Shown in pieces: positions 26,335 to 40,200 of a DNA stretch of 64,000 nt. Location of the stretch: the NCBI RefSeq assembly GCF_037042905.1, contig NC_087251.1, positions 14,820,001 through 14,884,000 of the forward strand, in the 5' to 3' direction. This stretch comes from Lytechinus pictus (Eukaryota). The position numbers and the translations under genes are program-made. The stretch's first letter is position 1. Each line of letters begins with the position of its first letter. Below the pieces are notes generated by a model. That model saw only the letters and a program-made list of their open reading frames with translations, searched no databases and was not told where the DNA came from.

Positions 26335-28202
26335 CAGTGCGTCCCAAAAAAAACTATACACTTTTGAAATGGCTGCCAAATAAAAAATGTAGCACTTTGG
26401 GGAAAAAGACTTACATATATGGAAATGTTGTTGTTGTTGTTGTTGTTATTTTAAATAGGCAAACTAGTCAGTCGTAGAAAGCCAATAAAGTCAACTTTCA
26501 AATGACACCAAAAATTTGGAAAACTATTCAGGGTTGAGCGAGCACTGCCCACTGAAACAAAGGGTATGAAAATTAGGGTGGGCTGGAATCCCTTTTAGCC
26601 TTCCAATTTATATCAGTTTTTGAGAGGCAGCAAATCCTTTCGAACTTGCAAAGTTAAGGGCGTTGTGATAAATTAATGATCAACCGTGACCAGTTTTGGT
26701 TGCATAAGCAAATTTTATAAATTATTAAATTGAACTTTAATGCATGAGTGAACACAAATTACACTTTTTGGGCAGCATTTCAACTTGATTATTTGGATAT
26801 CTTTTTGGGCAGCATTTTAACTTTATCATGTGGATTTCAGCAATGTGTTCATGGGAGTCGGCGGGAGAATAGGGGGTGAGATAGAACTTAAGTGGGAGAA
26901 GTAGGTTGATGGAATAAGGCTCAACAGAACATTCAGCCCCTGCCCCCTCCACGTCTTTCCCGCCCTCCCCTCCTGTTGAGAGACTAATGGCTATTGTCAT
27001 GTACGCGTAAAGTCCAGAGCAGAATGTTGATTTAATTATTAATTCTGAATTGGGGCATCAACTTTTTCCTATCAATCATTTAATCAACAATTTATCAGTA
27101 AAACAACTCATTCAATGTGCAATGTGATCAATCAAACATTCATTTTTTTCAATTAATTATTTCATTAATCATCATAATCATTAAATTTCTTGGTAATCAT
27201 TCAATAACAAAACTGACCATCAGCCACCGGTCACTTGGCAGTTATAAGTTTTGAATACGCTACAATCCAGGAAGTGAGACAGAGAGAGAGGGGCCGGGGG
27301 CTGGGAAATGGTGGTGGAGAGGGGAGGGTACATATGACTTTTAATTTGTAATTTTTAAAGGACAAAAGGAAGAGGAATGCCCTTTTAACCAAGTCTTAGC
27401 ATATCTCGCCCTCTTGCTTGTAACAGGTACCATCACATTACTCTGACTCTCACGAACACACTTCTGAGGTCCACAAGGTGCATATGCTACACTAAAATTA
27501 CAATTGCTGTTCACTCATGATTAAATTTCAATTTAGTAACTCATGCAATTTAGTAACTCATGAAATTTGCCTAAGAAACCAAAACTTATCTCACTCATTA
27601 ATTTAGCTTAGCAAGTTCCAAAGGACTAACCACTCAAAAAAACTGTAAGGCTAATTCCTGCCCAGCCTAGCCGAGCTTAGTCTCTCAGGAGAGAAGCGGG
27701 GGGGGGGGTTGAGATGGAGAGAGGGGTTGCTAAATGTTCTGTTGACCTTTATCCCATCAACGTACTTCACCTACCTAAGTCATATTACCCCCTCTTCTCC
27801 TGACTGTCATGAACACATTGTTGAGATCCACATGATAAAGACAAAAAATTGCAATTCATGATCACTCATGCTTTAAATTTCAATTTAATAACGCATTAAA
27901 TTTTCACAAACAATAAACTGATCACAACTGATCTTTAATTCACCAAATAACCCTCAACTTTGCATGTACCAAACAAAAAACCTGAAAGAAATTGGAAGGC
28001 TAATTCCGGCCCACCCTAATTTTCATACCCTTTGTTTCAGTGGGCAGTGCTCGCTCAAGCATGAATAGTTTTCCAACTTTTTGGTGTCATCTGAAAGTTG
28101 ACTTTATTGGCTTTCCATATCTATAAGTCTTTTCCCCCAAAGTGCTATATTTTTTATTTGGCAGCCATTTCAAAAGTGTATAGTTTTTTTGGGGACGCAC
28201 TG
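26335..28202. mobile_element. Tc1/mariner-type non-autonomous element with long TIRs (TA TSD)
   Basis: TA|cagtgcgtcccaaaaaaaactatacacttttgaaatggctgcc ... ggcagccatttcaaaagtgtatagtttttttggggacgcactg|TA. Inverted homology extends for several hundred bp. Confidence 0.85.
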
Positions 28203-28335
28203 TACTGGATATAATAAAGACAATCGGTACAAGAACCCATTTATGTTCACATGCAGCCATGGTTTGCTCTGACAGGCTATCGGGCCCCGAGTGGGATTGC
28301 TGGCAGTTGTGTCAGGTGTATCAGGGGCATCAAAG

Positions 28336-29599
28336 CAGTGGCGTAGCTAGGATTTTTTTCCTGGGGGGGGCACTGGGGGGTCCTTGCTTTTTCAGGGGGG
28401 GCACCATTTTTTCGGTGTGTGTGTATGTGTCACAAGGGCGGATCCGACTTTCGCCAATAGGGGACGGTGCCCGAAATTATCTTCACCTATCTTTTCCCCG
28501 ATCAGTTACTTCTTAGTTTTATTCTTATAAAACAACATTAACATGAAATAATCTCATAAGCCTTATAAAAAGTGCGAGCGCGAAGCGCGAGCGATTTTTT
28601 TTTTACTTTCATGTATTTTGTCCTGAAAATTTAATATTCTTGGCAATGTTATGTATGATCCTGAACAAGATTCGTATGTAACTAGATGGTTACTGCGAGC
28701 GCGAAGCGCGAGCAAATTTTTTTGACATTCCGACCTAAAAATTGTCATTCTAAGCACTTTTTGTATTAATAAATGGGATAGGTATGTAACAATCAATTGA
28801 TGCGAGCGCGAAGCGCGAGAGGTAGAAAATTGAGATTTCAGACCTAAAAGCGGGACACTCTATTCATATTTTGTAAATCATAATTAGGATATAGTTAATT
28901 GGGTATCATTAATAATGCGATCATGAAGCGTGAGCAGACAATTATTGATATTTTGATGTGAAACTGGATAATTTAAGTACATTTTAAATAAAGAACATGC
29001 AGGCTATCGCGCATTTTTTAGATTTAGACCTAGAATCTGGGCATTCTGAATACATTTGTTTAATGGAACATTATGGAATACACCTAGACAACATAAAATT
29101 GGCAAATCAAACAATGTGACCACGCAGCGTGAGCTTAAAATGCTGATATGTAGACCATAAAAACAAACATTTTACAGAGCACTTAAATTTGTAAATGAAA
29201 AAAAAATAGTGAAAGCTTGATGTCCGAGCTAAAATATGTTTTGTATATAGACTTCAAAACTTGCTCCATATCAGCCAATTGAGCAAGATATGAATCTCAT
29301 CGAACGGGCAATTCTGGCGCGAAGCGCAAGCAAAAATTTTATATGGTAACATGAAAGATTTTTTTTTACAAGTCTTCCCCTCACATTATATCATTCACTC
29401 GTCTTCCTCCTCTTATTTTCCTCTTCTTCTTTTTTCTTCTGTCTTTCTTCTTTTTTTCTTTTTTTTTCTTTTCTTCTTTCTCCGTTTTTTTTTTTTGCTC
29501 TGCCAATTTTTTTCAGGGGGGCACCTGGGGGGGCACACCAAATCTCAGGGGAGGCACGTGCCCCCCCCCCCCCCCATGCCCCCCGTAGCTACGCCACTG
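28336..29599. mobile_element. hAT-type MITE with 8-bp TSD CATCAAAG
   Basis: TIRs cagtggcgtagcta / tagctacgccactg. TSD at 28328-28335 and 29600-29607. Recurrent gcgagcgcgaagcgcgag motif inside. Confidence 0.88.
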
Positions 29600-29747
29600 C
29601 ATCAAAGGATGGAGGAGCAGGGCTCTCGGGTGAGCAGTCACTGGGACCATAAACCTAAAAAAAGTGTCTTAATTGACTTCCATGAAAATTAGAAACAGAT
29701 GTGTCCGAGTCCATCACCTTCTCTTCCAACATGCAACAGCTACCACC

Positions 29748-29894
29748 ATGCCTACTGTATCCTGCCCAATTCCAGGCTGCGACTACGTCACGCCGGATCT
29801 GGATGCCTCTACTGTTGCTGCCCTGCTCACGACCCACTCCACCATTCATGCCTCTGCTGGGACAGGGTCTGCTGCCAAGATAGAGAAGGTCAAG
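29748..29894 (+). pseudogene. N-terminal fragment of a retrotransposon gag-like ORF, truncated by a MITE insertion
   Basis: MPTVSCPIPGCDYVTPDLDASTVAALLTTHSTIH...AAKIEKVK has a CxxxxC...HxxxH pattern that I recall from invertebrate LTR-element gag N-termini (not checked). It is cut at 29895. Confidence 0.5.
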
Positions 29895-31011
29895 CCCGGG
29901 GGGGGGGGCACTTCCATTGACGAGTGGATACCATGCGCGACCATGGGGTCTCGAAAAGCACCCTAAACACGTATTTTCCTAATTCTGAAAATGCACCCCT
30001 TAATAAGTATTGGCGTCTGAACCCTACCCTTAACAAGTATTGGAAAAAAAAACGATACTCTTGACAAGTACTCCCTGAAATGAACCCCTCTAAGTACAGT
30101 GATGGGTCCATCAGTCGTTGGTTTTACCTTTACACACCATTTGTTTAGTACGGCTCCATGCGGGCTCCATCATGCACCTTCTACACCTCGCGCAAATTGG
30201 ACTCTAAACATGTAGTGCTGGGGCAAAAAGGACATCCTTATAAAATATTAATTTTGTTTTATCATTCCCGCAAATATGACCCTAAACACGTAGCTTTCCT
30301 AGCGAAATAGATACCCTTTTTTCATTATTTTTGTGTTTTTGACACCCTTATCACGTTACGTACGTAACGTGCCCTATCTTGAAAAAGACATCCTTTTTAC
30401 GTGTTTTTTTGGTCGCGCATGGTATCCACTCGTCAATGTAAGTGGCCCCCCGGGCCGGGGGGGGGGGCCACTTCCATTGACGAGTGGATACCATGCGCGA
30501 CCATGGGGTCTCAAAAAGCACCCTAAACACGTATTTTCCATATTCTGAAAATGCACCCCTTAACACGTATTGGCGTGTGAAACCCTACCCTTAACAAGTA
30601 TTGGAAACAAAACAATACTCTTGGCAAGTATTCGAAATGAACCCCTAAACAAGTACAGGAATATTATGTCACGGGTCCTTCGGTCGTTGGTTTTACACAT
30701 CATTTGTTTTAGTACGACCCCACCTTCCACACCTCGTGCAAATCGGACTCTAAACAAAAAGTGTTGGGGCAAAAAGGACATCCTTTATAAAACATTTTAA
30801 TTTTGTTTTATCATCCCCGCAAATTTGACCCTAAACACGTAACTTTCCTAGCGAAATAGATACCCTTTTTTCATTATTTTTGTGTTTTTGACACCCTTAT
30901 CACGTTACGTACGTAACGTGCCCTATCTTGAAAAAGACATCCTTTTTACGTGTTTTTTTGGGTCGCGCATGGTATCCACTCGTCAATGTAAGTGGCCCCC
31001 CCCCCCCCCGG
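29895..31011. mobile_element. Head-to-tail dimer of a CC(C)GG-terminal MITE (29895-30454 and 30455-31011)
   Basis: Each unit has TIRs ccggggg..cacttccattgacgagtggataccatgcgcgacc / ggtcgcgcatggtatccactcgtcaatgtaagtggccccccgg. The two ~560-bp units are similar but not identical. Confidence 0.85.
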
Positions 31012-31894
31012 ATCTGTGTATATCTCAATTGGTCTTTTGCTTTGGCATGTAACCATTCATATTAAATAGTTAATGTGTCATGTGTGTTGTCTGCTTTTCC
31101 CTGCTTTTACTGCGCGATCCACATTTCCGAGGATCCATAAAAATAATACTGCATGTGCTGATAGTAAAGTCACATAAATTATATACCAAACTATGAGAAT
31201 TGAAATATATAGAAAATCCATTATCTAAATCTAAAATTATCAATACATTGATCATCTAATCGCTGCTTGCATTATCCGAATTGAGTCTGTGTTATTATCA
31301 GGGTTGGCGGAGCGAAGTTGAAAGTGGGGGGGGGGGCACATGCAACTCTCGGACTCAAAAAGGGCCCCTTTTCTTTTGAAAATAAAGGCACTTAAAATAA
31401 AAGAAAAAAATGACTTATCCAAAGTGATGTGGCAAAAATTTTTAGGGGGATGGATATGACGTATCACATAAATTTATAAGAAGCTGCGACCAATCAAAGC
31501 GAGCAAGCAAAAAAATTGACATTTTTATAATTAAAATCCAATTTCGTGATAGATTTTGACAACTAATACTAAAAAAAACTCTTTCCTTTTCTCTTTTTTT
31601 CTTCTTGGTCGTGAAAAATTTGGGGAGGGGCAAGAGCCCCCATATGTACGCCTCTGCTTACCGTATCTACCCCACTCAAAAATGATAATATTATTTTCTT
31701 GTTTCAAAGGGACACTCCTTAACACGTAAAATGGGTCCTTCTCAGGTGAAAGGGGTACAGAACACGTTCGTGTGGGGCACTTTTCTTTGATAAAAAGGGG
31801 GGACTGATACGAGAAAGGGCACTTACACTTACTCAAAGGGCACAGAACACGTTTTTGAGGGGCACCTTTCTTGGGTAAAAAGGGCACTGATTCC

Positions 31895-32215
31895 CCAGGA
31901 CCAAAATCCAGTTGAAACCAATTAGAGCAAAACCAATTGAAACCAGTTGGCCAACTGGTTTCAATAGGGAAATTGGAACAACTGGTCCCAGTTGAAACCA
32001 GTTGCCAATTGGTTCCAGTTAAAACCAATTGGTTTTTGGTTTCAATTGGTTCCAGTTGAAACCAATTAGGCAACTGCATTTTAATTGGTTCGAGTTGTTC
32101 CAAATTCCCGATTAAAACCAGTTGAATCCAATTAGAGGCCACTGGTTTCAATTGGTTCCAGTTGAAACTAATAAAATTGAGGCAACTGGTTCCAATTGGA
32201 ACTTCCAGTTGGAAT
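31895..32215. repeat. Array of AAACCARTTG / CAAYTGGTT motifs in both orientations (transposon subterminal-repeat-like)
   Basis: More than 15 copies of aaaccagttg/aaaccaattg and their reverse complements. Confidence 0.75.
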
Positions 32216-32392
32216 GAACTTCATTAGTTAAGAAGTAATTAGCATTTGTACTAACTCTTGCTTATGTCAACACAAAAGTATTGTTAAATGTAAAGGGCAT
32301 TGATGAAATACACTCTCATATATATATGAAGGAGCTTCGAATATATGTATTTGTAGTTGATGTAATTTGGCAACAGTTAGTGGTGTACTAAT

Positions 32393-33373
32393 CAGGGGCG
32401 GATCCAGGATTTTTCGAAAGGGGGCACATTCCAGAGGAAACATTTGAAAAGTTAAAAAAAGAGTAAAAGAAGGGTTTCAACCAAATATTAAAGGGCAAGT
32501 CCACCCCCCAGAAAAAAAATTGATTTGAATAAATAGAAAAAAATCAAACAACAATAAAGCTGAAAATTTTATCAAAATCGGACGTATATAAGAAAGTTGT
32601 GATATTTTAAAATTTTGCTAATTTTTCACAAAACAGTTCTATGCTCAACTCAGCAATATGCAAATGAGAGAGTCGATGATGTCACTCACTCACTATTTCT
32701 TTTGTTTTTTATTGTTTGAATTACACAATATTTCAATTCTTATGGATTTGACAATTATTGGGGCCCTCTTGATTGAACCACAAAATGTTAAAACAATCGA
32801 ATTCCACATGTTCAGGGGGGAATGAAACTTTGTTTCAAATGACAATGAGGAGAAAATTATAATATTTCATATGATAAAATACAAAGGAATTAGTGAGTGG
32901 GTGATGTCATTGGTCCCCTCATTTGCATACTGACCAGGATGTGGATATAACTGTTTTGTGAAATTTAACGAAACTTTAAACTGTCATAACTTTCTTATTT
33001 TAGATCCGATTCAATTGGATCTAAAATAAGAAAATTATAACATTTTAAAGTAAATTTTCAGTGTTATGCTTGTTTGAATTTTGTTTTTCTATTCAAATCA
33101 TCTTTTTGTTGGGTTGGACTACTACTTTAAGGGGATTTCGTCCACGAAAAATTTGACAAACAAAAAAAAGTCTTCACTTTCGAAAGAGGGGCACACTTCT
33201 GTATTAATGGCATTTTTACATTACAAATTTTAATTGTGCCTCTCAAGGGGCACGGGCTGGCTGTGCCCCCCCCCCCCGTATGTACACGTTCGTGAGGGGT
33301 GCATTTTTACTTGCGTAAAAAGGCTTCAAAAAGTGGGGGCACTGTGCCCCCTGCCCCCAGGATCGCCGCCCTA
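32393..33373. mobile_element. caggggcggatcc-type (hAT-like) MITE region with nested Kolobok-like MITE (32492-33126)
   Basis: Left end caggggcggatccagg, right end ggatcgccgcccta. The nested element is flanked by TTAA and matches 1157-1739. Confidence 0.6.
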
Positions 33374-33958
33374 GTTACTATCATCCATAATTCTTACAAT
33401 CAGTTCGCTACCATTAATGTTATATAAAGGTGTTGTAATGGGCAATGACGGATGTATATCTTTGGCAGGAATATCCAGATAATTGTGATTTGTTACAGTA
33501 AATTTTACTGCGAGGTCAAAATAAAGAATTATTATTATTACAAGGAGAAAGTATGAGCCTACATTTTTTAAGAAATCGGAATACATGAAAAATTACTCTC
33601 TAAATTCCGTAGATTGAAAGTCAATCTATGATTGTGGTCATCATTGACCAATCCAAAACTGGATGGAAATTTTCAAGCGAATAGAGACTATTTGGTTGAA
33701 AACTTAAACTTTTGATCCGTGATCGCAATCTTTTGAATTACAGTATGAATTATCCAGCAGTATTGTGGTGAGATAAGTTACAATGATCAGTTCTCCCGTG
33801 CATGATGCCATCACCCTTCTTAAAGGCTACATATCTATATGTTAATGTGATATTCGCCGTTTTTAAATTGTCATTTACATCCAATTTTGATAAAATTTTC
33901 ATTGTTATGCTTGTTCTCTTTTTATTCGAATCAACTTTATGACACGGGAATGAACTTG

Positions 33959-34265
33959 TATGGAAGCTAAAAAGTGCCACCCAGGTGTTCATATAATAAT
34001 CTTGCTATGTCTACATCCCTTAGAAAAAATGACCAGATGACGATCGAGATCTCGAATCTCGTCATGTCTACATCCCGGGGTCTACATCATCATGTGGTAG
34101 AGATGATCAGATGGCAGATGACAAGATCTTGGATCTCGTCATGTCTACATCCTGTGTAGACATGACGATATCCAAGATCTTGTCATCTCATAATCTTTTT
34201 CAAGGATTGTAGACATGATAAGATGATTATCTGATTATCTGGGTGGCATTTTTAAGCTTCCATAG
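33959..34265. mobile_element. MITE inserted into the terminal repeat of a Kolobok-like remnant
   Basis: TIRs tatggaagctaaaaagtgccacccag / ctgggtggcatttttaagcttccata. Internal catgtctacatc repeats. Followed by gacttgtcctttaa. Confidence 0.7.
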
Positions 34266-34525
34266 ACTTGTCCTTTAAAAAAGCAAATAGATCCATGCCG
34301 GATGAAGAATAATGTAGGCCTATAGCGTTTCAAAGCCGTTGAGAATAATGATTGATTCTGAAAATGAATGATACATGTTCATCTCAAATTATGACCAATT
34401 TACAGTTTCCAAAGAAGAAATATACAGTATATATATTTCTCAAAAAGATATTGCTTTGAATGTATGATTTTCTTGTCGCAAAACGGTTTGAGAATTCAAT
34501 GCTGGCACTGCAAAATAAAGTGGTC

Positions 34526-34540
34526 TAGCGCCATCTATTG
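34526..34540 (-). promoter_or_regulatory. CTCF-like binding motif
   Basis: tagcgccatctattg reads CAATAGATGGCGCTA on the minus strand, matching the CTCF core AGRKGGCGC. Confidence 0.45.
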
Positions 34541-34956
34541 TTTATCTTGAGACAATAGTGTGAAGCGCCGCGCCCCTGCCCCACTGAACTGGAAATACGT
34601 ATTTCCAGTTCAGTGCCCTGCCCCACTGTAGTGCCCTGCCTCTTGCCCCCTGTCGAAAAACAAAGTAAAACAAAAATAATTTATTCACTCGAATATAGAC
34701 AGAATATATGAGTGACAAAACTATAAAATGGAATAATCCCTCTCATTTAGCTGTCTGTTAACAATCTTGTATTTTACATCTCACTCCCTGGATAGATATA
34801 GAGCGAGCGAGCAAAAAAATAGTTGAGAATTTAATCGTTGTAAAAAGATGAATCCTTTTTAAAAAAAGTGCTATTTATCGATAGAAAATCCCTTGTTTTC
34901 TTTGAAGAGAAAAAGGTAATTATCATTCACATGAATCACGTCACTTTGTCTCCGCT

Positions 34957-35979
<1,023 letters not shown>

Positions 35980-36431
35980 TCAGGGACCCATCTCACTCCC
36001 TGGATAGATATAGAGCGAGCGAGCAAAAAAATAGTTGAGAATTTAATCGTTGTAAAAAGATGAGTCCTTTTAAAAAAGTGCTTTTTATCGATAGAAAATC
36101 CCTTGTTTTCTTTGAAGAGAAAAAGGTAATTATCATTCACGTGAATCACGTCACTTTGTCTCCGCTGCGCTACATCACTGGTGAGCCGCCCGCATGAAGG
36201 CCAGTCCATTCATTATGTTTGGTTGTTTCTTTAATTCTTATCCTCATAATTGTTTACCTACCATGTAATAGCTCCATGCTTCTACCTATTCCGATAAACG
36301 TCATTCAAGTTTTCTAACTATGGACCTACTACTCTGAGTGATACCCTCCCATCGATCCGACGTGGATGCCTGTCAAGCGCATCACCCCCCCCCCCCCCCC
36401 GTAAGATTGTTTTGTAAACATCCTCGGGTCG

Positions 36432-36450
36432 CACGTGAAGTGTGCACGTG
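36432..36450. promoter_or_regulatory. Tandem canonical E-boxes (CACGTG-N7-CACGTG) in the CRY-DASH promoter
   Basis: CACGTG at 36432-36437 and 36445-36450. Further CACGTG at 36138 and CACGTT at 36566. They lie upstream of a likely non-coding first exon ending 36621 (GTAAGA donor). Confidence 0.65.
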
Positions 36451-37278
36451 TTCACAAGTTATGAAACCTCCGAAACTTGCGACCGACTCCAGCTAGCTCG
36501 CAAGCGCTGTCCTACTGTGCGATCCACTGAGGTTGAGTGGTGCACAAGCTAAGCGGTATCAGAGTCACGTTTGTGCGATCACGGCTGAGATTTGTTCAAG
36601 ACTATAAAGCCAAGCAAACAAGTAAGATCATTTATAATTGTGTTAATCTTTAAATTGATTGGAATCATATTTCATACGGAGTCGATATCGGCCCTGGTTT
36701 GGGTGGCAAATATAACGTTAATTTATAAGGCCTCCGCTCCGGGCTCTATCTCTCATTACTAATATAACTACTAACAACACATAAGGCCTGGATATTGGCG
36801 TAAAACCGCATTCCGTGATTGATGTACGGTATGTTGTCTCTGCCTAGCCTCTCTTAATCGAACTTCTCGATGTGGAGTCTCTCACTCAGTTTTAAAATAA
36901 GAATGTTTGATCATTAAAGTATCTGTATCATCTTGCATTTCCCAGTGGTGTGATCACACTGTGATCAGTTCTTAGCCTAAGTTTTACTTTTACTTTTAGG
37001 CACATGATCTTTGATGGTGAATGTTGAGCACGTTACCGGTTTTCAGACACCTCTCACTCTCTGAGTCTCGGGGTTATTTAGTGCCAGTGGTATTCTTAAC
37101 ATGGTTAAACTAAAGAATTCAGTTCAGAGATATGGGAATAGATCTAAATAAATGTTTTCCCAAAGAAGTGTTATCGTAATCAAAGTGAATTTTCATATAT
37201 ATCCACCATGATTAGAATGACATTTCTTTTTTTCTTTTTCTTTTTTTTTACTCACTCACTTTCTTCAAACAGGCTACC

Positions 37279-40200
37279 ATGGCAGGAAGAATGAATATTA
37301 TTATTTGTCTCCTTCGAAACGACCTGCGTTATCATGATAATGAGGTAAATGCTATGTTAAACAATTCCACCTGCAGTAAACAGTCTAAAGATGGAAAATG
37401 TATATGGGTTTTACTCAGAGGCGCTATGAGTAAAAAAATTTGATAGGACGGAACATGACGTGTGGGGGAATAATTTTTTTAAGTTGCCATAAGATACTGA
37501 AAGTACATGCACTAGGTCAATTGCTGTACATATCGCTAGGCATGCTGTCGTGAAAAAAATTTATTATTCAACAGAGTATAATAAATGGGGCTTATAAACC
37601 AAGATAAAACTTTTCTTATGGTAAAGGAAGTGTAGGCTAAGAATGAAATATCAAGCTTTTTTAAAATTTGTCTCACATGTAGGTTCTCTTCTGGGCACAT
37701 AAGAATGCAACCAATGTGATTCCACTCTACTGCTTTGATCCTCGGCATTATAAGAGCACGTATAACTTTGGATTCCCAAAGACGGGTCCGCATCGTCTCA
37801 AGTTCCTCCTGGAGAGTGTTGAGGATCTCAGAAAAACTCTTCAGTCAGTCGGAAGGTTGGTTCTAGATTTGTAGTTTAAGAATTGTCTGGAAGTGTTGTG
37901 AAGTTTTTACAATAGTGCATAAATTTGTAACACCATGTATCTATCTTGTGCGAAAGGGAATGAGTCTTATCGTTATTGTCAAAGTGTTTACACTTCAAAC
38001 ACATTGCGGCTTACCATTAGAATCTGATGTTATGTGATATAATGTATCAAGTGTGTGATGCATCGTTCTTACACTACAGTTGGTATCCATGCTCTCATAA
38101 TCGATTATGACATTGGATTGTAAAGTTACTCCCATGTTGCTTTAGTTTTTACCAGAGTACGCAAGTTGATATCCATGAAGACCGTTGTTCAAAATTGTAG
38201 CATGTCCATATGAACACTTCTATTTTTGTCTGAAATTTGGTGAATGGAGATTAAATTCTCTTATTTTTTTCTCTCTTAATTCCTCTTCCCTTGCCCTTCC
38301 TCTTACCCTCCCTCTCTCTTCTGCCCCCACCCCTCTCTCTCTCTCTCTCACACACCCTCTGTTTTTATTACCATTTCTCAATCAGTGGCTTGGTTGTAAG
38401 GAACGGTCAGCCTGAGGATGTGGTAACTCAGTTAATCCAGCAGTTTGGAAAGGATGAAGTTGCTGCAGTTGCACTGCAAGAAGAGGTGAGGTTTTCTCAT
38501 TACATATTTACCTGTTATTTTATTTTTGAGTGTTAGCAGATCGGCAGATGAAAGGACATTTTAAGAAAAAAAATAATGATATGATTTATTTGATGGTGCA
38601 TAGCTTTCAGTGTGTTTATCAAATGGTAATTATAAATCAATTTATAAACATGTACTAATGTTAAAAGCAATGCTTTAGCATGACAGTTGATCATGCTTCA
38701 CTCTGGTGAAACTCCCTACAGGGGCTGGTTGCAAAAACAGTGGCAATAAATGCTACCAAGAATCATATCTAATTTGATTTTCCACCAATTAGCGATGGAA
38801 ATTTTGGGCTAGTGTAAACTCTTTATTAACACAACCCTTTTGCAACAGGACCCAGGTCTTGTTTTTATTGACTGAATTCCAACATTATTTATTTGATAAG
38901 GTGACTTCTGAGGAGCTGGATGTGGAGGCTGGTTTGCAGCAATCTTGCTCCAAGCTTGGGGTCCAATTGAAGAAGTTCTGGGGATCCACCCTCTATCACA
39001 GACAAGATGTACCATTTGATCCACAAGGGTGAGTGTCAAACAGTTCCATTAAAAAATTTAATGAAATGGGGCTATCCCACTGCTGCCACCCACAAAACAT
39101 ATGATACAAAATAATAATTCCAGTCAAGTGTTGGTGAAGGATTTGTTGTTGCAAATATTCAACTTAAGAATTAGTATAAAATCCTTCCTGACATATATGC
39201 ATAAAAGACAATTTAAAAAAGGATGAAAATCACTTAGTATCTTTTATATTCTCCTGAAGTTTTGCATATTATAGGAATATCAGGAAGTATGTGGATATTG
39301 TTCAGTATTTGAAAGTCTTGATGGTCACCAATTATTTGGCATTAGTTCAAATTCTACTCCTGTTACCAAATCAAATGATAAAAAAAAGAAGAGAAAACCA
39401 GCCACATGTTAAATGACTTGGAAACTGAAAAGTAATCAGTATGATTACATGGATACATATCCCACCTGCTGCTTGTATTGAAAATGATTCTATTATGAAT
39501 AGTCACTGAGTTGAATGTTATATCCTACCGCTGATGCACAAAACTTAAAATATCTAACAGAATCTGTCAATTTCTTCAAATAGTGGTTTCAGATTGCGAA
39601 AAAAAAGTGAGATTTTGATGACATATAGAGAGAGAGGTGCTGCTACTCCATTTGCCCGCGCATGCACATTCATATAAGACAATGCACATGAAAATACTAT
39701 TTACATAGAAGACTTGTCAAGTTGTCATTTTGATGGCGTGGGTTCACATCCCACCGCTGCCACCCATTCACTTGAAACTATTCTCTTGACTAAACCAGTC
39801 ACCTAGATGAAGATTTCATGCGAGTCATTCTTATGCCCTTGGTGAATGAATTCTCATTTGACTTTCTGTTGTGGATGATTGCGCTATGTTATTGTGATGC
39901 AGAAAAAGAAATAAATCAAGTAGTGCCATTTCTAGCGATGTCATAAGAAGGTTACCGTACACATATCTGATCATTCTGATGATATACATGCATGGATTTA
40001 AAGACTGGGCTATTCATCTCCTTTTGACCTATGGCTGCCCTCCATCCATGTCTTCAATACAAAATGTTGTACCATCTTAATATGTTGTCCATTCAGTTCT
40101 TTTAATGGATGTCTTCATGTTGTTCTCTTTAGTCAAGTTATGTATCATATCATCTGCAGTCAACTACTCAGTGCCCCCTCCCTTATTTTAATGCGATTGA

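Noticed and set aside
31531..32151. 206-aa ORF with NWFQL repeats
   Set aside because: Product of the AAACCARTTG repeat array and adjacent MITE sequence, with no protein-family signal.
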